This document shows, in pieces, positions 49,758-60,300 of a stretch of 64,000 nucleotides of DNA. A model generated the notes under the pieces. That model did not search any database and was not told the origin of the DNA. It saw only the letters and a program-made list of their open reading frames with translations. The DNA comes from a bacterium (GTDB lineage Bacteria > Zhuqueibacterota > Zhuqueibacteria > Residuimicrobiales > Krinioviventaceae). Position 1 is the stretch's first letter. Every line of letters begins with the position of its first letter. Position numbers and translations under genes: made by a program. The stretch covers positions 1,184,001 to 1,248,000 of the forward strand of contig CAXXMD010000003.1 in the NCBI GenBank assembly GCA_963675755.2, given 5' to 3'.

Positions 49758-50723
49758 ATGCGAATTCTTTCCGGCATTCAGCCCTCTGGCAGCCTTCACT
49801 TGGGCAATTATTTTGCAATGATGAAACGAATGATCGATTACCAGGAAAATCATGAACTGTTTTGTTTTATTGTAAATTATCACGCACTCACTACCGTTAC
49901 GGATGGTGAACGTTTGCGCAAACATACGTTTGAAGCCATTTGCGACTTTTTGGCATTGGGCATTGATCCTGAAAAATCATATTTTTATGTACAATCTGAT
50001 GTTCCCGAAGTTACAGAGCTGACATGGATCCTCTCCAACATCACACCTATGGGCTTGCTGGAACGCGGACACTCTTTCAAAGATAAAAAAGCCAAAGGCA
50101 TTGCCGCCAATCATGGACTGTTTGCTTATCCCGTTTTAATGGCAGCTGATATTCTACTTTACGGTGCTAACAAGATCCCCGTAGGTAAAGATCAAAAGCA
50201 GCATGTTGAAATGACCCGTGATATTGCTATCAAATTCAACCAAATGTATGGCGAAACCTTTGTCATCCCTGAACCGGAAATCCCCACAGACGTAGCAACC
50301 GTACCCGGTCTGGATGGACAAAAGATGTCAAAATCTTATGACAATACAATAGAAATCTTTGCAGATTACAAACCGTTAAAGAAAAAGGTCATGTCAATTG
50401 TAACCGACTCTACCCCAATTGAAGAACCCAAAGATCCAAAGACCTGTAATCTATTTGCCATATATTCTCTGTTTCTGGATAAAGCCGGCCAGGAAGAACT
50501 GAAACAACGCTATGTAACACCGGGCATGAGATATGGTGATGTAAAAAAAGAACTGCTTGAAACCATTTGGGCATATTTTGAACCCTATCGTGAAAAACGT
50601 GAACATTACATGAACCACAAAGATGATGTTTATGATATCATGAAAATGGGAGCAGAAAAAGCTCGCGCCGTTGCCAAAACATTTCTTGAACCTGCAAGAG
50701 AAAAAACCGGCCTGAAATATTAA
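49758..50723 (+). CDS. trpS: Tryptophan--tRNA ligase
   Basis: SGIQPSGSLHLGNY, YPVLMAADIL, VGKDQKQHVE, KMSKS. Confidence 0.97.
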   Translation: MRILSGIQPSGSLHLGNYFAMMKRMIDYQENHELFCFIVNYHALTTVTDGERLRKHTFEAICDFLALGIDPEKSYFYVQSDVPEVTELTWILSNITPMGLLERGHSFKDKKAKGIAANHGLFAYPVLMAADILLYGANKIPVGKDQKQHVEMTRDIAIKFNQMYGETFVIPEPEIPTDVATVPGLDGQKMSKSYDNTIEIFADYKPLKKKVMSIVTDSTPIEEPKDPKTCNLFAIYSLFLDKAGQEELKQRYVTPGMRYGDVKKELLETIWAYFEPYREKREHYMNHKDDVYDIMKMGAEKARAVAKTFLEPAREKTGLKY

Positions 50724-50766
50724 TTTTTTGGGAACGTTGGCAGATCATGTTCGTTAAAACAGTGTT

Positions 50767-51189
50767 ATGAATAGAGTATATATTTTTATATTATTAGCAT
50801 TAACAGGCAGTTTTATTTTTTGCAGCAACCCACTTGAAGAAAGTGAAACCCAAAAAGAAAAAATAAGATTGCTGGTTGATCAAACCTTTACAGAATCTGG
50901 CAGGTATGTCTATTACTGGGACGGTAAAGACGACGATGGGAAATATGTTGAACCCGGTAAATACCTGTACGCAATGGAAACAAAAAATTACGATCAGATC
51001 AATTATATGATTGCTGAAATAGGTGGCAAAACCGGTTCTAACAATGAAGAGCATTGGGAACCGGGCTACTGGAACAGTTTTGTACTGGAAGATGCTTACC
51101 CCGATCCCTTTTATATCGAATCCGGGGTAAATATTCCTTTTCTTGTCAGTACATCAGCAAGAATCAAGATCACTATCTATAAAGATTAA
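50767..51189 (+). CDS. Probable lipoprotein made of a circularly permuted FlgD-Ig/T9SS-CTD-like domain
   Basis: Lipobox-like FIFC-SNP. The segment IRLLVD..GRY..YWDGKDDDG..V.PG.Y.Y precedes FVLEDAYPDPF..V.I.F......IKITIY. Confidence 0.7.
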   Translation: MNRVYIFILLALTGSFIFCSNPLEESETQKEKIRLLVDQTFTESGRYVYYWDGKDDDGKYVEPGKYLYAMETKNYDQINYMIAEIGGKTGSNNEEHWEPGYWNSFVLEDAYPDPFYIESGVNIPFLVSTSARIKITIYKD

Positions 51190-51192
51190 ATC

Positions 51193-51251
51193 TTGATATT
51201 TTAAAAAATTACTATTATACTATATATATCTAGTATCGAATTCAGAATTCG
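51193..51251 (+). promoter_or_regulatory. Putative sigma70 promoter with a downstream palindrome
   Basis: TTGATA-N17-TATACT (51193-51221), then CGAATTC-A-GAATTCG (51237-51251). Confidence 0.5.
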
Positions 51252-51265
51252 TTTATGGTATAGCT

Positions 51266-51844
51266 ATGAAAAGACTTGTTACATTACTCTCATTTTTGTG
51301 TATCTCTTTTCCACTGTTTTACATTGATGGAACCAATGCAAACCAGAGTAGTGAGGTTTATTTTACTCCCGAAGAAATCCGCAACGAAATAAGACAAATC
51401 AGCAGCTATAACATTCAAGCACCCGAATTTCCGGAACATTTGGACTGGTTCAATACCAAAGAACGAATTGCATTATCTGACCTGAAAGGACAGATTATTA
51501 TAGTCAATTTCTGGACTTTTGGCAGCACAAAAGCGATGGAACAACACAAACAGTTAAAAGCAATCAAGGCAAAATATCGCGACCAGGTCAGGTTTATTGA
51601 TGTACAATCCCCAAATTTTTACAATAATCTTGATCGTAACAACATTCAAGACGCCATTAAAAAATATAAAATAGATACACCGGTAGTATTTGACCGTGAC
51701 AATCGAATCCGTCAGGCTTTTAATGTGCACCATTATCCTACATTTGTAATTCTTAACCAACAGGGCCAATATGCCGGTTACTTGTCCGGACTGGACAAAA
51801 TCCGCTTACTGGAAACCTACATTAACAGTATATTATCTCTCTAG
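51266..51844 (+). CDS. Exported redoxin/TlpA-like protein lacking the CxxC motif
   Basis: APEFP..LDWFNT...LSDLKG.III.NFWTF, DVQSP.F, PVVFD, YPTFVIL. The active-site position reads GSTKA. Confidence 0.8.
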   Translation: MKRLVTLLSFLCISFPLFYIDGTNANQSSEVYFTPEEIRNEIRQISSYNIQAPEFPEHLDWFNTKERIALSDLKGQIIIVNFWTFGSTKAMEQHKQLKAIKAKYRDQVRFIDVQSPNFYNNLDRNNIQDAIKKYKIDTPVVFDRDNRIRQAFNVHHYPTFVILNQQGQYAGYLSGLDKIRLLETYINSILSL

Positions 51845-51876
51845 TATATATTTTTCTCCCAAAACATAAAAATCTA

Positions 51877-51905
51877 TTGACATGACTCTACAGTTTATGT
51901 ATAAT
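51877..51905 (+). promoter_or_regulatory. Perfect-consensus sigma70 promoter
   Basis: TTGACA-N17-TATAAT upstream of the 51982 gene. Confidence 0.85.
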
Positions 51906-51981
51906 TAAGTAGAGACCTTTGACATTCCCTTCTATTCTGGTAGTATGACATGGCATAACCACAAAAAAAACGGAGGTTGCC

Positions 51982-52734
51982 ATGACAACAAGACAAAATG
52001 AACAACTCAATTGGGACCGTTTGGTTAAAAGCCAGGTCGCCATTTGGGAGATCAAGCAACAAATCAAAAAACACCAAATCCATCATCCTCAAGACAGCCT
52101 CTTTCAAAAATCCGTAATCACCATTTCAAGAACACATGGTGCAGGCGGTGATGCAGTTGCACATGAAATTTCCAAAATTCTAAACTGGCCGGTTTATGAT
52201 AAAGAACTTGTAGAGTACATTGCACAAACCGGGCAGGTGCGCAACCGCGTCATTGAAGATCTTGACGAACGCAGACAGAGTGAAACCCAAAATTTTGTCC
52301 AAACAATGCTAAGCAAACAATCCATTGGTATGGACAAATATTTCAAACTCCTTCATGATGTCATTGCGGTCATTGCCCAGGAAGGTCAGGCCATTATCAT
52401 TGGGCGCGGCAGCCATTTGATAGTTGATCCCAAACGGGCAATGCGTGTCATGATCACCGCACCTATGGAATGGAGGATTGAACGCGTTGCACGCGAAAAA
52501 GGCTTGTCTATTAAAGAAGCACGTAAAACGGTTTCTCTGGTTGACAGCAACCGCTTTGCTTTCATTCAACGCTATTTTCATCGTAGTGCGAATGACCATG
52601 CATCCTACGATCTTGTGCTGAACGCAGAGAATCTGCCTCCCCAGACTTCAGCCAGAATTATCATCAATGCGCTGAGCACAAAACTGGGAATGCAGAAAAC
52701 ACAGGAAATCATGCAAAACGAGGCGGTTTATTGA
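51982..52734 (+). CDS. Cytidylate kinase-like family protein (Cytidylate_kin2)
   Basis: VITISRTHGAGG..VA, VYDKEL, IIIGRGS, AP.EWRIERV, D..R..F...YF, YDLVLN. Confidence 0.9.
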   Translation: MTTRQNEQLNWDRLVKSQVAIWEIKQQIKKHQIHHPQDSLFQKSVITISRTHGAGGDAVAHEISKILNWPVYDKELVEYIAQTGQVRNRVIEDLDERRQSETQNFVQTMLSKQSIGMDKYFKLLHDVIAVIAQEGQAIIIGRGSHLIVDPKRAMRVMITAPMEWRIERVAREKGLSIKEARKTVSLVDSNRFAFIQRYFHRSANDHASYDLVLNAENLPPQTSARIIINALSTKLGMQKTQEIMQNEAVY

Positions 52735-54503
52735 TCTGCAGATGGTTTGGTTAGAAAATCACGTAATCCCTTGATCACGGCTCCCGAGAGTTGATGCAAA
52801 AATTTGGGATCAGTAAATTTTTGTTCTTCATCGGGATGGGAGAGAAATGCGCCTTCAATGAGCAAAACCGGCATATCCGTAACCCGGGTTATGTAATAAG
52901 AATTATATATTCGGCCATAAGGCGCTAATCCCAGATCTACCATATACGGATAGATAGCCCAGGCTAAATCTTTATTGTGTGGATGATAAAAGTAAACGCT
53001 TGTACCACGCGCGCTCAGGGCATTTCCTCCGGGGGTTGTAGAATTATTATGCAAGGATAACAGTAAATGTGCTTTTTGTCTGCGGGCAATATCCACCCGT
53101 TCTTTTAATGATACGGTTTCATCCGCATTACGAGTCAATACTACCTGCGCTCCATATTTTTCCAAACTGTCTTTTAAAACCTGCGCCCACAGCAAATTTA
53201 CTTCTTTTTCCAAAAAACCCATAGGACCCACTGCCCCTTCATATTCACCACCATGCCCCGGATCCAAAACCAGGGTCAAGCCTTTAAGAAATGAGCTATC
53301 CTGAACATTCGGTCTTTCCGGTGCTTTTAATATCTTTACATGATATCCGGATTCATCATAATGAACACAAAATCCCCAATAATCTTTGCTTTCCGGGGTA
53401 ATACTTGCCTGCAGAATCCCCTCTTCAGGATATGAAAACGCTACATTCTTAATACCTGTGTCAATATTAGGATACGTAATCCAATGAGAACTTTGCTGCG
53501 CCCCATACCACGTTAGCACAATATCTTTACTTGCGGGATCAGAAGCAATGGTGACAGGTACCTGTATATCCGCAGAGAAACGTAATTTTAAATATTGTTC
53601 ATCAAATGCCAGTATAGGAGCGGAAATTCTGGCTCTGGGTATATCGGTTCCCCATGACAGCAAGGTAACTTTTTGGTCGTCTACATATCCATATTTACCG
53701 TGCCCCAACCGCACTTTGAACCGGTCTCCGGTTTTCCCAACAATATGCAGCAGTGTTTCTTCCTGCATAAGAGATTTGGGAATGAAACCATCCGCTGTAT
53801 TCAACAGCCAGGTTTCCTCTCTCGTCTCAGCCACAACCGGAACATCATCAGACATGATAAATACCTGACCAGACAGTTTTATCTTTTTTCGTTTTCCATC
53901 TTTACCACGCAATTCACATTCTATATCTAGTGGACGGTTTCGCGGGCCATCATGTACCTGCACAATACCGCTGTAAATCCCCCGCATACCAAATGCTTTA
54001 CCCGGTGGCAGCTCTATCATGGGCACTTCGTCCGCAATCTTTTCAATAGAAAATCTGGCATCTCCACCAGGAGTACCTTTAAATTTAACGCGAACATAAT
54101 CTCCGGGCAGTACCATCACATCTTTATCCGGTACCTGGTACAGCGTGTCAATTACGGTTTCTACTGTATCTGTTTCAACCAGCTTGGGTGGACGTAAAAC
54201 AACAATTTCTTGTACTGTTTGCTGATCGCCCTTGTTCGCACGGACACGGATCAGATTTTCACCATCCTCCAGTTCAACACGGGTGACAAAAGCACCATAT
54301 GGATAAACCTTGACAGGCTTGTCATTAACATACACATGCGCTCCGGGCAGGGTATTGCCTGACAGCCTCACCTTTTCCAAAGAAAATGTGTCGGGATTTG
54401 ATGGGAATGTAATATTGAGGGAAAGTGACGCATCTGCATACAGCGGCATTGTCATAACAATAATAATCAGGGCTACAGCATAAATCCGTTTCAAATCAGT
54501 CAC
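52728..54503 (-). CDS. N-acetylmuramoyl-L-alanine amidase (Amidase_3) with N-terminal Ig/SH3-like domains
   Basis: VLDPGHGG..GA, EKEVNL, LTR, LSLHNNS, LIEGAFLSHPDE. Confidence 0.92.
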   Translation of the reverse strand: MTDLKRIYAVALIIIVMTMPLYADASLSLNITFPSNPDTFSLEKVRLSGNTLPGAHVYVNDKPVKVYPYGAFVTRVELEDGENLIRVRANKGDQQTVQEIVVLRPPKLVETDTVETVIDTLYQVPDKDVMVLPGDYVRVKFKGTPGGDARFSIEKIADEVPMIELPPGKAFGMRGIYSGIVQVHDGPRNRPLDIECELRGKDGKRKKIKLSGQVFIMSDDVPVVAETREETWLLNTADGFIPKSLMQEETLLHIVGKTGDRFKVRLGHGKYGYVDDQKVTLLSWGTDIPRARISAPILAFDEQYLKLRFSADIQVPVTIASDPASKDIVLTWYGAQQSSHWITYPNIDTGIKNVAFSYPEEGILQASITPESKDYWGFCVHYDESGYHVKILKAPERPNVQDSSFLKGLTLVLDPGHGGEYEGAVGPMGFLEKEVNLLWAQVLKDSLEKYGAQVVLTRNADETVSLKERVDIARRQKAHLLLSLHNNSTTPGGNALSARGTSVYFYHPHNKDLAWAIYPYMVDLGLAPYGRIYNSYYITRVTDMPVLLIEGAFLSHPDEEQKFTDPKFLHQLSGAVIKGLRDFLTKPSADQ

Positions 54504-54511
54504 CTTTCAAT

Positions 54512-54548
54512 AAAAAAACAGCCGCACTCGGGGAAACAGTACGGCTGT
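54512..54548 (-). terminator. Intrinsic terminator after dsbD
   Basis: Minus strand ACAGCCGTACT...AGTGCGGCTGT-TTTTTT. Confidence 0.75.
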
Positions 54549-54580
54549 AAAATAACAAAATTTACGGATTTTGCAAAAGA

Positions 54581-56398
54581 TTATTCTGCGGCAAGCCCTG
54601 CCTGCATGCTCTTTACAAACTGTTCGGGACCAACAAATCCAATTTCTCGCAGATCAGTCAGCACTTTACCACCCGGAGAAATGAACACCAGGGTAGGCAT
54701 TCCCGTCACATTAAACCGCTGCATAACAGATTTGATCTGATCATCCGGCGTTGTACAATCCACTTTGATCATATGATATTCCTGAGCAGCTTCCACAACG
54801 GCTTTATCTCGAAAAGTTACACGGTCTAGCTGCTTACATGGCGCACACCAGTCCGCGAAAAAATCAATAAATACCGGCTTTTCATCATCAATATAGGTCT
54901 GGATATCCTGATCATGCAATTTTATCCACTCAATTTCAGAAGCTTTAGATACAATTGCGCCCTGTGTCCACATGATACCCAGAACCACCAAAATCACACC
55001 AACCACACCACGGAATATCTTGAATGTTTTTGTGTATCCCGGTGCATGGTCCAAAAAGCCCAGCAACAGGCCGCCAAAAATTCCCAGCACACCTGCCAGA
55101 AATGCAAATTTATCATAAATACGTTCAAGCTGTGGTATGATGAAATAGAATGCAACACCAATCAGCATAATAGCAAACAGCTTGCGCACCCAAACCATCC
55201 ACATACCGGATTGCGGTAGTTTTTCCAACAATCCTGAAAAAGTCGCCAGTATGAGATAAGGTAACCCAAGTCCCAGTCCCATTACAAAGAACAACAAGGT
55301 TCCTTTAACCACCAGCCCGAGTTTGGCTACCAAACCTACAAGTCCTATAATAATACCCGCCGCACAGGGAGCGATCACAACGCCCACTGTCAGCCCCATA
55401 ATAAAAGCGCCAACAATACCTTCGCGGCTTTTACCGACCCTGTTCATCAACCAGTTGGGAACGGTAATTTCAAATGCGCCAAACAAACTCGCAGCCATGG
55501 CAAGAATGATGGTGGCAATCACAACCACAAACCAGGGACTCTGGAATAGAAATCCCCATTGCTTGCCAGCTAATCCCGAAATTAATCCCAAAAGGGCAAA
55601 AGCAATGGCAATACCAATCTGGTACAACAATGCCGAAGCAAATGCAGAACCTCGGCTCTTGCCGGACTGTCCGCCAAAATAGCTCACCGTCATGGGAATC
55701 ACGGGGTACACACACGGTGTCAGGTTAAGTGCCAGACCAATTCCAAAGAAAGCGATAATAGCGTAAAAGATCCCTTTTTCAATAATTTCACGCGCCCGCT
55801 GTTCATCCGCGGTCAAAGCACCTGAATCATACGTTGTTTCTACTGTTTCCTGGACATCAGCAATCACACCGGCAAAATAATCCTGATTGATCTTTTCAAC
55901 GGGTGTTCCGGCTGGTACAACCTCAATCTCTACCGTAAAGGCTTCCTCACCGGGAGCAAAGCACATGGTATCATTACATCCCTGGTAAGACACCTGACCT
56001 TTTACAGTCAGCTTTCCTGTCTCCAATGTGGATGCTGTTGTCACATGAGTTACGATAACAACTTTACCCTCATAGACCGCTATCTTTTCATCGGAAAAAG
56101 AAAAGGCTTTCAACTCATGGGGTGGATAAACCGGAGTACTGAAATCCATACCCGGCAGAGAATCCAACGCAACCACGGTAGGAATGTAATACTCGCCTGA
56201 GGGAGTGTGCGAGTTGATGTGCAGTTCATCTTCTATATCCAGAACAATGGCAATATCAAACTCGCCTCCTGGTACAACCGCGCTTTGCGAACTGTATGCG
56301 GAGGCTTCCAGTATTTTATCCGGCCCAAACTGGGCAAAACCATTTACTGCGAATAACAACAGCATTGGTATCCATAAACTTTTCAATACGCTTTTCAT
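54581..56398 (-). CDS. dsbD: Thiol:disulfide interchange protein DsbD
   Basis: N-domain YQGCND.MC, TM-domain LTPCVYPVIP and APC, C-terminal DFFADWCAPCK. Start ATG 56398 with GAGG SD. Confidence 0.9.
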   Translation of the reverse strand: MKSVLKSLWIPMLLLFAVNGFAQFGPDKILEASAYSSQSAVVPGGEFDIAIVLDIEDELHINSHTPSGEYYIPTVVALDSLPGMDFSTPVYPPHELKAFSFSDEKIAVYEGKVVIVTHVTTASTLETGKLTVKGQVSYQGCNDTMCFAPGEEAFTVEIEVVPAGTPVEKINQDYFAGVIADVQETVETTYDSGALTADEQRAREIIEKGIFYAIIAFFGIGLALNLTPCVYPVIPMTVSYFGGQSGKSRGSAFASALLYQIGIAIAFALLGLISGLAGKQWGFLFQSPWFVVVIATIILAMAASLFGAFEITVPNWLMNRVGKSREGIVGAFIMGLTVGVVIAPCAAGIIIGLVGLVAKLGLVVKGTLLFFVMGLGLGLPYLILATFSGLLEKLPQSGMWMVWVRKLFAIMLIGVAFYFIIPQLERIYDKFAFLAGVLGIFGGLLLGFLDHAPGYTKTFKIFRGVVGVILVVLGIMWTQGAIVSKASEIEWIKLHDQDIQTYIDDEKPVFIDFFADWCAPCKQLDRVTFRDKAVVEAAQEYHMIKVDCTTPDDQIKSVMQRFNVTGMPTLVFISPGGKVLTDLREIGFVGPEQFVKSMQAGLAAE

Positions 56399-56477
56399 TC
56401 CATTCCTCAATTTTTTTCACATCTTTATTAACACGCTAACAATAACAACTATTCATCGTATAATTTAGATGCTGAAT

Positions 56478-56993
56478 TTACATTTGGGATTCATCTTTCC
56501 AGCGGGTTATGCGCCATTTATCGTCATAATCGCTTTTTTTAAAATTGAAAATAGCACTTCCGGTCAGACTAAACTCGCCAGCACTGCCAAACATGACCAA
56601 CTGTAACGTTTTAGAGACCTCGGCTGTATTTTCACCCTCTTCTTCATAGATGGTGGAATTCCAGGTCAGGGTAATGGTCTCAAAACTTTTGAAAAGTCGC
56701 CCTGTGGTTTTCAAATCGATATCGCGTCCCCAGGAGACAAAACGTCCCGAACTGCCCAAATTGGGATCAAAATAGACAAAAACGAACGAGCTGTCTAATA
56801 TGTCTGCATATACCAATGAATCTTTAAAAGTATAAGCATATACAAAATTCTGCAACACTTCTTCCGGAGTAGCCTGTTCCGTAATGACATACCCCTCTTC
56901 ACCTGAGCGATCAAGTTTAGGCGCAAAAGGATTGAAACAGCCAACTATTGCTGTAAGCAGAATCAAAATTATAAATAAATAACGTGGTTTCAC
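56478..56993 (-). CDS. Hypothetical lipoprotein (NTF2-like pattern)
   Basis: Lipobox IVGC-FNPFAP, TPEEVLQNF.YAY, WRITRWKDE. Start (GTG 56993) is uncertain. Confidence 0.7.
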   Translation of the reverse strand: MKPRYLFIILILLTAIVGCFNPFAPKLDRSGEEGYVITEQATPEEVLQNFVYAYTFKDSLVYADILDSSFVFVYFDPNLGSSGRFVSWGRDIDLKTTGRLFKSFETITLTWNSTIYEEEGENTAEVSKTLQLVMFGSAGEFSLTGSAIFNFKKSDYDDKWRITRWKDESQM

Positions 56994-57305
56994 AAAACAC
57001 CATAATTGTAGAATCAACCTCTTTTCTAATTAACGCAATTATAGGGTATTTCTCAAGTTAAATTTATAATAAGGATGGTATGTTGCTGGGAGTAACAAAT
57101 TGAATACAACTTTTAATAAATTAATCAATACAACCAACTTTAGATACACAGCACAAATAAAAATTTAGTCTCTAAAAAAAATATGATTGCTTCTAATAAT
57201 AATTTTCCTTTTATTTATCATATATAAGGGGAATTCTTTCTTTTATAAATTTACAAAATTTTTTCTATCTAACTAAAAATTATACCAATCACTATTGGAG
57301 GGAGC

Positions 57306-60300
57306 ATGAAGCGTTCAGTTTGGTTAATTTGTTTATTCTTGTGTATTGTTGTCAACAGCTTGGCACAGCAACCGGGGGAATTGAAATGGAAATATAAAGA
57401 CACGAATGTCCCGTATGTACATATGCCCTGTATTGGACTTGATGGGTCAATATACATAACATCTGAAGATTCTACATTTTTAATATCCATTGATCAGGAT
57501 GGAAAATTAAAATGGAAAAATTATTTAGGTTATCAAATTCAATTTACCACGCCATCTATAGGTATGGATGGTTCAATATATATTGCAAGATCACAGGGTG
57601 ATCTTTTAGCTTTTAATCCTGATGGAAGTATAAATTGGACATATGAATTAAATCCCGGAATTATGCAATTTCCTGCGCCGCCGGCAATTGGCAGTAATAA
57701 TGAAATTTACATAAGGGGTGATAATGAGTGCTTAATTGCTTTAAACAGTGATGGATCCTTTTTATGGAAAGAAAATTTACATAGTACTGGTTCAGGACCC
57801 GTTATTGGAACGGATGGATCCCTTTATTTAAAAACACCAGCAATACAGATACGTAATCCTGAAGGTCGGCTAAAATATGATTCCTCCCCTGAAATAACCC
57901 GCAGTTCTTTACCCATAATTAATTCAGATGGTACATATTATCTTATTTTTGGTGGTTACCTAAATGCTTTTTATCCTGACGGATCAATCAGATGGAGAGC
58001 AGCGCTCACTGGTAGTAATTATTTAAAACCGCTAATTGATTCAGATGGTAATATTTTAGTATTCCAAAATAGATTAAACATGTATTCCTTTTCTCCGAGT
58101 GGAGATTTGAATTGGAAAGTAGATATTGATCCGGATATAAACATAACAGACTGGGTATTGGGAGACAATAATATCGTCTATGGATTAACATATTCAGGCG
58201 CTGCTGCAATAGATTTTTCGGGGAATTTATTATGGGACTACGATACATCTATTGATGTTATTTCATCAAAGCTAAACATGGATAATAATGGGGTATTATA
58301 TTTTTGTGCTTCTGATTCTAATCTATATGCCATTCAAACATCCAGTACAGGACTGGCTAAAAGCACATGGCCAAAAGAATATGGAGATTTACACAATAGA
58401 AGCAATACCTATAATCCCTCAAGCCCTGTTGCATTAACCTCATTAGACACGCTTTTTATTCAACCATTCAACACGGTGATATTAGACGCAAGTAATTCTT
58501 TTGATCCTGAAGGAGATGCCCTCACATATAAATGGTCTCTGGTCAAGAAACCAACAGGCGGAATGGCAGCATTTTCAGATTCCAATTCAGTTATTACAGA
58601 AGTGACTTTTACTGAACAAATATATGGAACCTATGTATTTGGTGTCGTTGTAACCGATTCTGACAATAACGTTTCCGGATCAAACATTGTTGTTAAATAT
58701 GAACCCTTGAATTGGTCAGTCAATTTAACAGAAAATCAAACATCCCCGGCAATGAGTCTGGATGGAACCTTGTTTGTAGGATGCGATGATGGTACGCTGT
58801 ATGCAATAAACAATGATGGATCAATCAAATGGAGCTTTACAACAAATGGGAAAATCCTGTCTGATCCTGTTATTGGTATTGATGAAACCGTATTGATTGG
58901 CTCAGATGATGGCTATCTATATGCCATAGATTTACTCGGAAATTTAAAATGGAAATATTCTGGCGAGTTCGAAGCCATGCATTCACCCACAATCCTTCCG
59001 GATAGTACAATTTGGATCGCATTCAATGACCGGTATATTCATACATTGAATCCGGATGGCACCTTGAAATGCAAATTCCGCATAAATACAACAGTATCAA
59101 GCGCTCCCGTGTTTGATGGTGACAGCACCATATATTTCGGAACCAATCATTTATATGCTTTAGGAATAAATGATACTCTGAAATGGGAATTTGATCTAAG
59201 GTCAACTGCCACCTCAGAACCCATGTTGTCGTTGGACGGAACTGTTTTTATTGCAGATAGTAGTAATACATTATATGCAATATCAGAAAACAATCTGATT
59301 TGGGAATTTAAAGCCAATGGGATTATTGTTGGTTCTCCCATTACTGACGAAGAAGGTTGTGTTTATTTTGGCTCTGTTGATAGTGTAATATATGCATTAA
59401 AACCAGATGGTTTATTAAAATGGAAATATAAAACCGACGATCGTATTGTTGCCTCACCACTTTTGGGGGATGACGGTCGAATCTATATTGGCTCAATAGA
59501 CGGATTTTTATATTCATTGAACACAGATGAAGGAATCCTGAATTGGAAATATCAGACAGGTCATATTGAATCTTCACCTGTTATGGATGATAATGGGAAT
59601 TTATATCTGACAAACAGTAATGGAAAATTGTATTCAATACAAACTGATGCAAACGGATTGGCGAATAGTGCTTGGCCCAAATTTCGGCAAAACAATTTAA
59701 ATTCCGGAAACTTGTATACTAAACCCTATGCAGAATTTGAAACGAATTTAAAAACCGGTTATAAACCGTTTACGGTTTCATTCACTGATCTTTCAAAAGG
59801 TTATATTACTGACTGGCTATGGGATTTTGGTGATGGAGAAATGAGTACAGATAGAAACCCAAAACACACTTTTACTGATGGCGGTACGTATACGGTTTCA
59901 TTAAAAGTAGAGGGTCCTTTTGGTTCTTCGTCTTGTGTGAACAATGATTTGATAAGCGTTATAACTGCCTCCCCAAATGTAGATTTTTCTACTGACACCA
60001 CAAGAGGTGTAATTCCTTTTCATGTTCAATTCACATCCCATTCTGATGACAATATTGTAGAGTGGTTGTGGGATTTTGGTGATAGTACAACAAGCTCAGA
60101 GCAAAATCCGGAACATATTTATCAATCAGCCGACACTTTAACAGTGTCTCTTACTGTTAAAAACAATCTTGGCTTGACAGAAACAATTGTTAAAGAAAAT
60201 TATATTATTGCCTCCGAACCCAAACCTACCGCTTATTTTGTTGCAGATACAACTTTTGGCCAAGTACCGTTTACCGTTCATTTTAGTGACAACTCGACAG

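Noticed and set aside
754-50148. Avoidance of the PvuII site CAGCTG as evidence for the island's specificity
   Set aside because: At least eight sites were seen by eye (754, 7760, 14305, 18629, 31324, 37897, 45362, 50143), roughly what base composition predicts. There is no depletion, so specificity cannot be inferred.
57018-57305. AT-rich intergenic region as a possible ncRNA or CRISPR leader
   Set aside because: No repeat-spacer array or stable structure seen. Consistent with a divergent promoter region.
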